From contig OZ244042.1 of NCBI GenBank assembly GCA_965215015.1, positions 1,056,001 through 1,120,000 of the forward strand: 64,000 bases of DNA, read 5' to 3'. How positions within the stretch are numbered: position 1 is the stretch's first letter; every line of letters begins with the position of its first letter. Shown one piece after another: positions 10,401 through 20,423 of this stretch. The notes beneath the pieces were generated by a model that was not told the origin of the DNA, did no database searches, and saw only the letters and a program-made list of their open reading frames with translations. The translations under genes and the position numbers were made by a program. This stretch comes from Candidatus Poribacteria bacterium (lineage in GTDB: Bacteria; Poribacteria; WGA-4E; PCPOR2b).

Positions 10401-11168
10401 ATGGCATCAATTGATTTTTCATTAACCGACAAGGTTGTGCTCGTAACCGGTGCAGGGAAAGGCATCGGTAAAGAGATTGCACTATCTTGTGCACATGCCG
10501 GAGCGGACAGCGTTGCAGGGAGCCGCACTGTAAGTGAAGTTGAACAGGTGGCGGAGGAGGTTCGCAAAACGGGTCAACGTGCAGAAGCGTGGCAATTGGA
10601 CGTTGCGGAGGTTTCAAGCATTAAGGGATTTGTGCGGAAAACACTTGATACCTTTGGCAGAATTGATGTGTTAGTTAACAATGCCGGAGTTAACAAAGTC
10701 CAGCCCGCGCTTGATTGCACTGAAGAAGACTTCGATTACATCGTGGATGTAAACTTTAAGGGCACGTTCTTCATGAGCCAGATGGCGGCAAAATCGATGA
10801 TTGAGGGGAGTATTCAGGGACGCATCATCAGCATCAGTTCGCAGGTTGGCGTTGTGGGAGGCCCGCTTCGAGCACCCTACAGTGGTGCGAAAGGTGCCAT
10901 TTGCCTGCTCACTAAATCGTTAGCCGCAGAATGGGCACCGCACGGCATCACGGTCAATTCAGTCGCACCAACCGTCACTCGTACACCCCTTTCGGAAATA
11001 GCGATGCAAACCCCTGAGTTTAACAAGATCGTAATCGAAAATGTTCTGATGGGGAGAATTGCAGAACCGGAAGAAATAGCAGCGGCGGTCATCTACCTCG
11101 CAAGCGACGGAGCTGGTATGGTCACCGGACATACACTCCTCGTCGATGGCGGATGGACTGCGGTCTAA
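10401..11168 (+). CDS. SDR family oxidoreductase
   Basis: TGAGKGIG, NNAG, YSGAK, VDGG. Confidence 0.92.
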   Translation: MASIDFSLTDKVVLVTGAGKGIGKEIALSCAHAGADSVAGSRTVSEVEQVAEEVRKTGQRAEAWQLDVAEVSSIKGFVRKTLDTFGRIDVLVNNAGVNKVQPALDCTEEDFDYIVDVNFKGTFFMSQMAAKSMIEGSIQGRIISISSQVGVVGGPLRAPYSGAKGAICLLTKSLAAEWAPHGITVNSVAPTVTRTPLSEIAMQTPEFNKIVIENVLMGRIAEPEEIAAAVIYLASDGAGMVTGHTLLVDGGWTAV

Positions 11169-11222
11169 CTGCCAAAATCGGCAAGTCCAGGTCAGGGCAT
11201 CGGAACAGGAAGGATAGGAGCA

Positions 11223-12086
11223 ATGGAACAACTGACTTCAAACGGTATACCGCTAGATATGGCACCGGATGCATTCGGCGAGTTGCGTGAATCAAACGAT
11301 CTGCTCGATGATATACCCACCTTGAGGGAACGAATGGCAGAGGACGGCTATCTCCTACTCCGCGACTATTTGGATATAGAATGGGTCATGGATGCCCGGC
11401 GATCTGTGCTTGAGGTGTTGGCAGAACATGAGATGATCGATGAAAACCATTCTCTCATGGAGGCGCGAGCGGCAAAAGGGGATAACAGCAAATTTCGCTC
11501 TGCAATTAGCAGCCATGCGGCGTTAGGGAAGTTACCCGCTGTGCGGAAATTGGTGCATTCTGGTCGGATGATTGAATTCTACACCGCATTCCTCGGCGGC
11601 GAGGTCAAATCGTTTGATTTTGTCTGGATGCGCGTGATGGGACCCGGCAGATCCAGTGCACCGCATTACGACATCGTGTACATGGGGCGAGGCACCACGA
11701 ATCTATACACTTCGTGGACACCGTTGGGAGACGCTCCCTTGAGCCATGCCGCGCTGATGGTGCTTGAAAACTCCCACCGTCTGGAAGAAGTCAAAGCCAC
11801 TTACGGGCAGATGGACGTAGATAAGCAAGGTAACTGGAAAAAGACAGGAGGGCAATACGGCAGAGACCCTGCAGTGATTCAGAAGGGGCTTGGGTACCGG
11901 TGGCTCACAACAGACTTCCGCGCCGGGGATCTGCTGGTGTTTAGTATGTATACGATGCACTGCTCGCTTGACAATCGCTCTGATCGGATTCGGCTATCTT
12001 CGGATACGCGCTACCAATTGGCTTCGGAGCCGGTGGATGAGCGTTGGATCGGCGAAAATCCGATTGCCCATTCCGTGCGGGAGTAA
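11223..12086 (+). CDS. PhyH family dioxygenase
   Basis: PHYD, WTPLGD, MHCS, RLSSDTRYQ. Confidence 0.88.
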   Translation: MEQLTSNGIPLDMAPDAFGELRESNDLLDDIPTLRERMAEDGYLLLRDYLDIEWVMDARRSVLEVLAEHEMIDENHSLMEARAAKGDNSKFRSAISSHAALGKLPAVRKLVHSGRMIEFYTAFLGGEVKSFDFVWMRVMGPGRSSAPHYDIVYMGRGTTNLYTSWTPLGDAPLSHAALMVLENSHRLEEVKATYGQMDVDKQGNWKKTGGQYGRDPAVIQKGLGYRWLTTDFRAGDLLVFSMYTMHCSLDNRSDRIRLSSDTRYQLASEPVDERWIGENPIAHSVRE

Positions 12087-12136
12087 GAGTGAAATGTCCG
12101 ATCGGACGAACCATGAGCGACAAAGGAGTATGAAAC

Positions 12137-12340
12137 ATGGAGTATTTCACAATAGAAATTCAACGAGATGAAAATTTCTTTGTTGCTCAGTGTCTTGAGG
12201 AAGAATCTTGTTTCACGCCAGGAAGAACACTCCAAGAAACCCTCTGTAATACGCGCGAAGTTTTGGAATTGGTGCTAGATGTAAAGGATTCTCAACTAGA
12301 AGTGCACTTACGACACGATCTGGTTGAGGTGTTTGCTTGA
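12137..12340 (+). CDS. HicB-family antitoxin-like small protein
   Basis: FVAQCLE...CFTPGRTLQETLCNTREVLEL resembles the HicB core; no intact hicA seen. Confidence 0.65.
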   Translation: MEYFTIEIQRDENFFVAQCLEEESCFTPGRTLQETLCNTREVLELVLDVKDSQLEVHLRHDLVEVFA

Positions 12341-12562
12341 AACTTTTTGTAGCGTCAAAGTCATGGATTCATCCCGATCGGCTTGGATAGACATATCCAA
12401 GCCCTTCCGTATATGTGCAGTGGATTTGGTAATCCACTGCGCGCGGTGATTGACCGAGTTTAGCTCACATTCTCCCGGCTTGCAATGTACCCCATAAGTA
12501 GCAGCTTGAATTACCATATACAACCCGCAACAACTTCACAAACCAAACAGGAGGTCGTCATC

Positions 12563-12931
12563 ATGATTATACGAAACTGGCGTGACTCAATTCCCTATGT
12601 CGGACATGAGAGCAAAATTATTTGGCCCATACTGACACGCGCTGGGAGCGAAAACGCTGATCCAGAGGAAGCGGCATGTCTGCTAGGACTGAGCAATTTC
12701 ACGCGCCACGTCGTTCAAGGACGTATCACAACGGATTACCACGACCATCAAGACAAAGAACAGGTCTATTACTTTATCAAAGGGCGCGGCAAAATGTTGA
12801 TTGATGGTAAGGAATACCCAGTAACAGCAGGTGATGCTGTGCATCTACCTCCCAAGACAAAGCATGGAGTCATCAACGAGGGCGAAGATGAAATTGAGTA
12901 CTTGAACATCAGTGCACCCGTTGAGTCGTAA
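12563..12931 (+). CDS. Cupin domain protein
   Basis: HDH...EQVYYFIKG...GDAVHLPPKTKH; GGAGG RBS. Confidence 0.88.
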   Translation: MIIRNWRDSIPYVGHESKIIWPILTRAGSENADPEEAACLLGLSNFTRHVVQGRITTDYHDHQDKEQVYYFIKGRGKMLIDGKEYPVTAGDAVHLPPKTKHGVINEGEDEIEYLNISAPVES

Positions 12932-12975
12932 CTCGACAACATAATCCTTTTATAAACTACCGCTAAGGAGTTCTT

Positions 12976-13782
12976 ATGATTAAACTCGGCATTTACGGTT
13001 CGTATTTTGGCAAGGACGATCCAAAAACACTTCCCTATGTTGAAGATGTCATCGACTTTGCCTATGAGTTGAAACTAGATGTCATCGATTTCCGTGCCGA
13101 TGTAGGCTTTCGCTCGCAGGAGCCCGATTATCTGCGCGCTATCAAGGTTAAGTGCCTCAAAGCCGGACTTCCCATTGGCTACCTAGCGACCGGTGGGCAT
13201 TTTGTGGGAACGGAAGATGAACTGCAGCAGAAAATGGCTCGGTGTAAAGCGGATTTGGATACAGCCGTTTTCCTAGGCACACCAATGGTCAGATCATTCT
13301 GTGGCCCCACGCCGGAGACCGACGAAGGGAAAGCGCGTGAAGTCCAGTGTTTCCAAGAACTTTGTGATACCGCCGCTGAAAAGGGTATCATCGTCGGGGT
13401 ACAGAATCATCCGTGTACCGGTGACGGCGTCCTGCGCCTCCTGCGTGAGACAAATCGTGAAAACTTTACCTTTATTCTGGATACTGGTCAGTGGGTCGGC
13501 TCCCCTTCACAGAACCGTGGGGTTCCTGATCCGGACATAAATACCTACGAATTTATGGAGCAGACCGCTCCCTACGCATCGTATGTCCGCGCTAAGGTTT
13601 ATAAAGTGGATAGCGGGCGCGAAGAGTGGCTAGATTATGAGCGCATCGTTGAAATTCTGAAATCAGCGAATTTCAACGGCTGCATGTCCATCACATTTGA
13701 AGGCAAAGACGCCAATGAATGCGATGATAAGGAAACCTTCAGGCGGGCGGCTAAGTATCTACGCAAACTGCTTGCCGCCTAG
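12976..13782 (+). CDS. Sugar phosphate isomerase/epimerase (TIM barrel)
   Basis: GVQNH, ILDTGQW, LDYERI, SITFEG. Confidence 0.82.
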   Translation: MIKLGIYGSYFGKDDPKTLPYVEDVIDFAYELKLDVIDFRADVGFRSQEPDYLRAIKVKCLKAGLPIGYLATGGHFVGTEDELQQKMARCKADLDTAVFLGTPMVRSFCGPTPETDEGKAREVQCFQELCDTAAEKGIIVGVQNHPCTGDGVLRLLRETNRENFTFILDTGQWVGSPSQNRGVPDPDINTYEFMEQTAPYASYVRAKVYKVDSGREEWLDYERIVEILKSANFNGCMSITFEGKDANECDDKETFRRAAKYLRKLLAA

Positions 13783-13850
13783 TCGTTTTGGTGTGGGCGA
13801 TTCTGGAAATTTACGGAATCAGAACACAATACATAATCAAGGAGATTGTA

Positions 13851-14963
13851 ATGAGTGAAAATATTTACGCAAGGTTAGGGGCAACCCCAATTATCAACGC
13901 TGCGGGCAACTCTACTGCCATGGGTGGCTCAACCCCTACCCCGATAGTCAAGCAAGCAATGGAAGAAGCGGAACAACACTTCGTAGACATGGAGGAACTG
14001 CTCGAAAAGTCTGGAGACCACATCGCTTCTCTGGTGGGTGCAGAAGCCGCTTATGTCACGGCTGGGTGTTACGCTGCTATGGTGCTGGCCACTGCCGCGT
14101 GTATCACCGGCAATGACCAAGAGAAAATGGATCAACTCCCAGACACCACCGGCATGAAAGACGAAGTCATCATCCAAGCAAAGCAGCGATACGGCTTTGA
14201 TCGGGCTTACACCTTGCCGGGGAGCAAGCTGGTGATAGCTGGCGACGAGAATGGATGCACAGCGGAGCAGTTGGAAGCCGCAATCGGGCCGCAGACCGCG
14301 GCTGTTATCCACTTCGTTAGTCCCGATCCGGACACCACTGTTGTTTCGCTCGAAGATACGGTCAGAATTGCACATTCACACAACGTGTATGTCATCGCTG
14401 ACGCCGCTTCGCAGATCTTCCCGATTGATTATTTCAAGGATACTGCCACATCGGCTGACTTGGTCTGTTTCGGCGGCAAATATGTCCACGGTCCCCACTC
14501 CGCTGGGTTTGTGGCTGGAAAGAAGGGCCTGATCCAAGCAGTAGCAGCTCACGGTTTTATCGGACCCCGTCCCCTGGGACGCGGGATGAAAATAGACCGA
14601 CAGGAAATCATCGGACTGACTGTTGCCCTCGATCAATGGTTCACTATGGACCATGAAGAACGCTTCGACGAATACCGCAAAAAGTTCGCTGTCATTGAGC
14701 GAGCTATTGAGGGAGCACCCGGCGTGGAAGAAACAAAAGAGGTATCCACGCAAAGATATTGGGGTGTTGAACTCCACGTTGCTGTCAATGCAGCAGAGTC
14801 GGCGCGGAGCGCGCGCGAACTCATTGAGGCACTTGATGCTGGTAACCCTTGCATCAAAGTCGGCGGCGAAGGTGAAGATACCGTGGTCGTCAGGGTGGAC
14901 AACCTAGAGGAGGGTGATGAACACACCATCGCCCAGCGGTTGAGAGCCTTGCTCGCCGGTTAA
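13851..14963 (+). CDS. SelA-like PLP-dependent enzyme (DgaE-like)
   Basis: IINAAG..TAMGGS, IADAA, FGGK (PLP lysine), GRGMK. Confidence 0.85.
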   Translation: MSENIYARLGATPIINAAGNSTAMGGSTPTPIVKQAMEEAEQHFVDMEELLEKSGDHIASLVGAEAAYVTAGCYAAMVLATAACITGNDQEKMDQLPDTTGMKDEVIIQAKQRYGFDRAYTLPGSKLVIAGDENGCTAEQLEAAIGPQTAAVIHFVSPDPDTTVVSLEDTVRIAHSHNVYVIADAASQIFPIDYFKDTATSADLVCFGGKYVHGPHSAGFVAGKKGLIQAVAAHGFIGPRPLGRGMKIDRQEIIGLTVALDQWFTMDHEERFDEYRKKFAVIERAIEGAPGVEETKEVSTQRYWGVELHVAVNAAESARSARELIEALDAGNPCIKVGGEGEDTVVVRVDNLEEGDEHTIAQRLRALLAG

Positions 14964-15171
14964 ATTCGATCACGGATAGAACAGATTAACGGGTAAAGAC
15001 AGATTCCAACTACATCTCGTGGACACTGCGGGGAGATGCTCACTGAAGTAATACTGTGCTGGTGTAGGGAATAACGATTGTTGTTTCCTACGAGATCCCA
15101 CCTCCCTGTTCATCTGTGTTATCTGTTTCATCTGTGATTACATTTCTCGCCAACAGATTATTGGCGAGCAC

Positions 15172-16080
15172 ATGCAGATGAACAAGCAGCTTCCAACAGC
15201 AGCATATGACCAAATTGCGGCCGATTTTTGTGGGCGTATCGGCTTCTACATTGAAGACTTGACCACCGGAATCACACACGAACATAACGCGGATCAACGC
15301 TTCCCCACTGCAAGCGTTTGCAAAATTCCAATGATGATCGAGTTGTTCCGTCAGGTTGAGATTAGTCGCCTTTCGCTTGATGAACGTTATCGGCTGCAAG
15401 GAAATATCTCTACCCACGGCTCAGGGACGCTAAAGCTGATGGAAGATGCGCCGGAGCTGACGCTACGCGATTATTGCCGGTTGATGATTGGCATCAGTGA
15501 TAACATGGCGACCGATTTCCTCCTAGGGGTGGTAGGACTGGAATCTGTCAACGCCACGCTGGATATGATGGGTTTCCCCAACACCCGAACCAGCGTGACT
15601 CTCGGTCGCTACCACTATCGGATGTTCGGCATGGATGATGTCCTGTGCAACCGAGAAAATGATGTGTTGCAGCAGAAACGGGCAGAGACGCATGGCCCTG
15701 ACTTCAACAGCATATCCTTTCAGGATTCTTTGGAGAACAACGTTGCCACCCCAAGGGACATGGGGAGCATCTTGAAGTATCTCCACGCTGGCCAGATCGT
15801 CAGCCCGCAGGCATCAGCGGCGATGATTGAAATGCTTAAACTTTGCAATGACCGCCGTATGATCCCGCGCAACTTAAAATCTGACATCCCAATCGCGCAC
15901 AAGATTGGATCGAGTGGGCGCATCAAGGGGGATGTCGGTCTTGTCTTTCTCCCAACGGGTACCCTCGTTGTCTCTGCGTTTGCGCTTGCCAGTAGTGATG
16001 GTGTCCGCGGGGACGAGGCGATTGCACAGATTAGTCGGCTGGCAGTAGAAGCCTTCTCACCCGATAGCATTGTCCGATAG
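15172..16080 (+). CDS. Serine hydrolase, class A beta-lactamase-like
   Basis: SVCK (SxxK), SDN, HKIG; no signal peptide. Confidence 0.85.
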   Translation: MQMNKQLPTAAYDQIAADFCGRIGFYIEDLTTGITHEHNADQRFPTASVCKIPMMIELFRQVEISRLSLDERYRLQGNISTHGSGTLKLMEDAPELTLRDYCRLMIGISDNMATDFLLGVVGLESVNATLDMMGFPNTRTSVTLGRYHYRMFGMDDVLCNRENDVLQQKRAETHGPDFNSISFQDSLENNVATPRDMGSILKYLHAGQIVSPQASAAMIEMLKLCNDRRMIPRNLKSDIPIAHKIGSSGRIKGDVGLVFLPTGTLVVSAFALASSDGVRGDEAIAQISRLAVEAFSPDSIVR

Positions 16081-16265
16081 CGGCCCCCCAATTCCCGTAG
16101 GTCGGGCTTCCTCGCCCGGCTCTACCCCACGGTCCAATACCGGATGGAATTTCAATAACTAGTAATTTGTGTTAAGTTAATGGAGGTTACAGCATACGGA
16201 GTATGCCTATTACTAGCAACTTGAGTTATTTTATTAAAACTTAAATTTCCTACGGAGGAAACAAA

Positions 16266-16859
16266 ATGTCAGAGATACATAGTTCTTGGAAACGCGATTT
16301 CGACGTATACGACCGACTCAACGCGCTCGGCATTGACCTAGGAACAAAAGCCGATGCGATTTCCGATCCCCGCGGTCGGCGTATCTGCAACCTCACCTTT
16401 ACTCCGTCCGGTCTGGTTTTCGCTTCGGGGACAGGTGCCGGTACAGGAGCGGTGACCAACGATGACCAAGATGTGGAAGCCGGCTATCAAGCCGGTCGAG
16501 AGGCAGGTATCAGTCACATCCTTTCCCTGCACTGGGGATTGGAACCTTTTGGCAACTTGAACGATGTCTGGTACTGCGTCAAGTGTATCGGGATGGTCAA
16601 CTCACACGGCGGCGGGTCCTTCTCAAAATCGCCCCAAGTTGTAGATGGTTACACGAAAGCTTTTCACGATGTCTTTGGTGGACCGCTATCCGAATCGGCT
16701 GAAGATGGCATGGACTCATCCCTATCGGGTTGGCACGCGCGAAGTGCCGTCGCAGGCTTTGACCTACCGGGACACTGCAAGATTGAACCTGAGATGATTT
16801 TCCAGATCGATCCAGATTTGGCAATCAGAATCATCCGAGAACGCGGTCCACACATATAA
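16266..16859 (+). CDS. RidA/YjgF family protein
   Basis: VFASG, VKCIGMVN, HARSAV...LP...EPE. Confidence 0.75.
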   Translation: MSEIHSSWKRDFDVYDRLNALGIDLGTKADAISDPRGRRICNLTFTPSGLVFASGTGAGTGAVTNDDQDVEAGYQAGREAGISHILSLHWGLEPFGNLNDVWYCVKCIGMVNSHGGGSFSKSPQVVDGYTKAFHDVFGGPLSESAEDGMDSSLSGWHARSAVAGFDLPGHCKIEPEMIFQIDPDLAIRIIRERGPHI

Positions 16860-16872
16860 ATTTGGAGATATT

Positions 16873-17763
16873 ATGTCTGTTCGTTTCACTTTTTTGACCG
16901 ATAGCCATTATTACCCCGGTGCGCCGAAAGATTACGGCGCACCAAAGATGCTGACGCAGAGTAGGACTGTTCTCGACGCAATCGTGCCAGCGGTCAATCC
17001 GATCAGACCGGACTTCATCGTTCACGGCGGCGACTTCCTCTGTGGTGGCAGTTCGTTCGATTTGCCGTGGACGACCTATCTGCAATCAATTGAGGATGTT
17101 GCGACAACTTTTGCCGGTTTTGAGGCACCGATGTATTGTGTCCCCGGCAATCATGACTCCGACGCACAACAGGGGTCTTTTGAAGCGTTTGCAGAAAAAT
17201 TCGCCATCCCCGAAACGCTCAAGGTCGTTGACGCCGCTCCACGGCTTCGCCTCGCGCTCGCCAACATCTATCACCAATGCCACCCTATCCAAGATGGCAA
17301 CGGTGTTTGGACCGATATCCTCGACAATGCCCTCCGTGAAGCAGCGGAAAAGGCTTATGACGAAGGGCACGCGATGCTGTTGTTTCTCCATACATGGGTG
17401 CTGCCAAGCGATGTGGAAGGAAAAGGAATCCTCGATGGTGCGGATCGCCTGCTGGAAACCGTGAAGGAGAGTCCCGCCATCGTTGCGCTCTTCACAGGGC
17501 ATCGGCATATCAACCGTATCCGGATGTATCGTGATTTCCTCATTGTTGACACTGCATGTCTGATCGGTTTTCCAATGGGGTTTCGAGAGATTCAACTCCG
17601 GGAGGACGGATATTTCGAGACGCGATTTCATCAACTCCCGCTACCAGCACTTATCCAAGCGTCATACGACAAATCCAGTGTTGAAACGAACAACGTTTGG
17701 TGCGGGGAAATCCATGACCGGGATACGGAAATTCTCTTGCCGAGGCTTAGAGAGATTTGGTAA
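16873..17763 (+). CDS. Calcineurin-like metallophosphoesterase
   Basis: TDSH, HGGD, PGNHD, GHRH. Confidence 0.88.
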   Translation: MSVRFTFLTDSHYYPGAPKDYGAPKMLTQSRTVLDAIVPAVNPIRPDFIVHGGDFLCGGSSFDLPWTTYLQSIEDVATTFAGFEAPMYCVPGNHDSDAQQGSFEAFAEKFAIPETLKVVDAAPRLRLALANIYHQCHPIQDGNGVWTDILDNALREAAEKAYDEGHAMLLFLHTWVLPSDVEGKGILDGADRLLETVKESPAIVALFTGHRHINRIRMYRDFLIVDTACLIGFPMGFREIQLREDGYFETRFHQLPLPALIQASYDKSSVETNNVWCGEIHDRDTEILLPRLREIW

Positions 17764-17809
17764 CCACGAATCTACGCGAAACGGTCTCTGATGATGAGCC
17801 TATATTAGT

Positions 17810-18058
17810 TAGGACTTACGCGGCTCAACATTCAAACCCTCGTAGTTTGGTGCCTCATCAAATACTGGGGGTATCACTCGACAGTGTTGGTATCTATACG
17901 ACTCACGCCGCCCGATGAACCGGGCAACTACAATTAATCCAACAGAAGTAGGCACGGTCCGTACCCCGCTTGGGGGGAGTCATTCCGAGCACAACGGTTA
18001 CGGCATACGGCGTATGCCTACTCCCTTAAAGAGGCGCAATGAACGCGCCACTACAAAC
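17810..18058. repeat. Composite intergenic repeat/MITE-like element, homologous to 50053-50367
   Basis: Shared blocks TAGGACTTA, ctcatcaaatac, tctatacgactcacgccgcccgat, ggcaactaca, cgtatgcctact, gcgcaatgaacg, actacaaac. Confidence 0.8.
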
Positions 18059-18117
18059 AACTTCTATCAGTGTAGATTCGCGTGATTAGCGGATTGGTGT
18101 TAGAAAAGGAGAGGCAG

Positions 18118-18840
18118 ATGAAAATCCTCGTCACCGGTGCCGCCGGGGCTGTTGGTACGGCGGTCGTGAAAGGGATGAAAGACCGGTATTCACTGCGTGG
18201 GTTTGACCGCGTACCAATGCCAAATATTGAAGATGCAATTGTCGGCGATGTCACTGACTTTGATGCTGTGCTCCAAGCCACTCAGGACACGGAGGCAGTG
18301 ATTCACCTCGCAGGCAACCCCTCCGGCGGCGCGCCGTGGGAAGATATTCTTCAGAATAACATTGTCGGCACTTACAATGTCTTTGAAGCGGCACGGCAAA
18401 ACGGTGTACGTCGCATTGCCTTCGCCAGCCGGGCCGGGCTGCTCGCGCCTTATCCAAAAGACATCATGCGGACGGTTGATATGATGCCTCGACCGGAGAC
18501 CTACTACTCAATCAGCAAGGTCTTTGGAGAGAATCTAGGCTATATGTACTCAGCCCGGTTTGATATGGAATTTGTCGCGGTCCGAATTGGCAATTTCAAG
18601 CGAGATCGCGACCTCCCCACACACCCCCATCAACTGAGCCATGGCGACGCGGCCCGCGTGTTCGAGCAGGCAGTTACTTCCCCCCTTTATCCTCCCGCTA
18701 GCGGAGGGAAAGGGGGGGCGAAATTTGAGGTTGTGTTCGGTGTTTCAGACAGTACATGGGCACTCTACGATCTGGAACATGGGCGGCAGGTCATCGACTA
18801 TCACCCACAGGATAAGTCGGACGCAGTACCGGAGGTTTGA
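18118..18840 (+). CDS. NAD-dependent epimerase/dehydratase (uronate dehydrogenase-like)
   Basis: TGAAGAVG, IHLAG, YSISK, RIG. Confidence 0.88.
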   Translation: MKILVTGAAGAVGTAVVKGMKDRYSLRGFDRVPMPNIEDAIVGDVTDFDAVLQATQDTEAVIHLAGNPSGGAPWEDILQNNIVGTYNVFEAARQNGVRRIAFASRAGLLAPYPKDIMRTVDMMPRPETYYSISKVFGENLGYMYSARFDMEFVAVRIGNFKRDRDLPTHPHQLSHGDAARVFEQAVTSPLYPPASGGKGGAKFEVVFGVSDSTWALYDLEHGRQVIDYHPQDKSDAVPEV

Positions 18841-18848
18841 GCAATAAC

Positions 18849-19175
18849 TTGTGAGCACAAAAAAGGGGTCCCCCGCATCACATGGGGAGACCGCTTTTCT
18901 TATTGGGACCGTGTTGCCTGGCTACTGTGCCGAGGATTCAGTCTTACCCGGCACCTCGCGGGCAGGCACCTTATTCTCCCCCTGCTTGCGGGGGGATATA
19001 GGGGGGTGCCGCTCAAATTGCCGGGCCGCTTCCGGATCCATCTCCCTGAAACGACGAAGTCCTTCCTCCGAACCGTATTGGTCTATCAACTGCGGTTCGT
19101 GTACATGCCCATCCTCGTGGTCGACATGTGCGGCATTGACCGGGGCGGACGGTGTCTCCGTTACGGGTGAGGCTT
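18849..19175 (-). repeat. Copy 1 of module repeat: terminator plus 3' remnant of the membrane-anchored partner gene
   Basis: Near-identical to 23388-23650 and 24833-25238; encodes ...LIDQYGSEKDFVVSGRWI/EMDPEAARQFERHPPISPRKQGENK remnant with a deletion and frameshift. Confidence 0.9.
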
Positions 19176-19520
19176 GTGTAGCAGCCCCGGATAGAATTAT
19201 CTACGCCGCCGGGGGCGAGGGCTGCGTATGCCCAGTTTCCTGTCAAAATAATCTTGAATTTGCTGTTGGGTGGGTGGTTTGAGATTATCATACCGATTTC
19301 CGTCAGGTTTCGTCCGTAAATGAGGGCTGACGAGGGTGTGCCATTTTTACGCAAGTCAGACGTAACGCGTTGTATCCGTGGCATAAAGGTAAGGAGACTT
19401 AGGATCGTCATGAATTATTGACAACGATTGTCAATTTCACTCAGATAATATGACAAACACAATAGATTGTCAAGTCTAAAAATATCAAATGCGTTACAAA
19501 GGAGTAGCTCATCCTGTTAT

Positions 19521-19691
19521 ATGAAAAAACTTTTTGAGTCCGGTGGTGACTTTGATGGTGGACTAGACTTTTACCCTCCCAACCCTTACGATTTCGAGCG
19601 CCCGAGCTGCCGGGGGTGTTTGGTGAATGCCATTAAATTGGTTATAATTTTATTTATCGTGTTTTTCGTCCTCTTTAAACTAATGCAGTGA
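19521..19691 (+). CDS. Small hypothetical membrane protein
   Basis: 56 aa, ...PSCRGCL then a hydrophobic C-terminus. Confidence 0.4.
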   Translation: MKKLFESGGDFDGGLDFYPPNPYDFERPSCRGCLVNAIKLVIILFIVFFVLFKLMQ

Positions 19692-19744
19692 CAGAATCAC
19701 TATTCAAATGAATCCCTAAATTTCAAAACAAAGGCGGTAAATTT

Positions 19745-20410
19745 ATGTCAACTCAACGACGTTTCACGATAGTGGTGGTGGCGGTTGTTATTCTTTTACT
19801 GGTTGGGATTAGCACTTTTTTAGTCTATGATAAGAATGCATCCATCCAAGAGGTAACGGTTTATGAATTGCCGGATTCCCATACGCCCAGTGTGGAATCT
19901 TCTCTTAGCACGACAGACATCATCGGGGCTATTACTACAGGTCAACGGGGGAGGATTTCTGATAACACCACAGAACAGTATTCTAGTGAATACGATCAAG
20001 GATATGAGGCTGCTGCTGCGCTGGGTGAAAGTACGATAGAACCGTGTTGTCCAGATGAGCTAGATCCTTTAGGTGATATGGATTCGGGGCAAGATACCAA
20101 CCTTGACCACAATCCTGTGTCCCCTGAAGTGATATCGGATGCTAGGCGTCATAATCTATGGTGGGAGGCTCAAAAAGAGCATCATGAAAAAGTGGTAGCA
20201 TCGAAAGAGAAAATGGATGAATTGATGGAGGATTTGAATTTGATTCTTGATGAGAATCGTGATTCGGATCAACTCCTTCGTAATTTGCGAGATCCTGTGT
20301 ATTGGGCGAAGGTGGAATCAACATTTGGTAAACTTGAGTTGTTGAAAAAACAGGATGATAAATTGGCAAAAGAATATCCAAGAAGTCTAACTAACCGCTA
20401 TGTAGATTAA
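19745..20410 (+). CDS. Hypothetical N-terminally membrane-anchored protein
   Basis: Basic N-terminus plus TM, acidic linker, EPCCP motif, helical C-terminus ending just before the recombinase remnant. Confidence 0.7.
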   Translation: MSTQRRFTIVVVAVVILLLVGISTFLVYDKNASIQEVTVYELPDSHTPSVESSLSTTDIIGAITTGQRGRISDNTTEQYSSEYDQGYEAAAALGESTIEPCCPDELDPLGDMDSGQDTNLDHNPVSPEVISDARRHNLWWEAQKEHHEKVVASKEKMDELMEDLNLILDENRDSDQLLRNLRDPVYWAKVESTFGKLELLKKQDDKLAKEYPRSLTNRYVD

Positions 20411-20423
20411 GGGAAAGGAGTTA

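Noticed and set aside
12337-12400. hicA toxin downstream of hicB
   Set aside because: Only a short TTG-started frame (LKLFVAS...) without the GSH motif; unsupported.
13851-14963. Selenocysteine synthase selA supporting the selenoprotein call
   Set aside because: At 370 aa with INAAG/GRGMK motifs it fits the SelA-like DgaE-type family rather than true SelA, so it is not used as evidence.
15172-16080. Bona fide antibiotic-resistance beta-lactamase
   Set aside because: No signal peptide, KIG instead of KTG, and no clear omega-loop ExxLN; generic serine hydrolase.
18851-19282. Plus-strand ORFs at 18851, 23460 and 24905 with similar sequence
   Set aside because: Antisense shadows of the minus-strand partner repeat.
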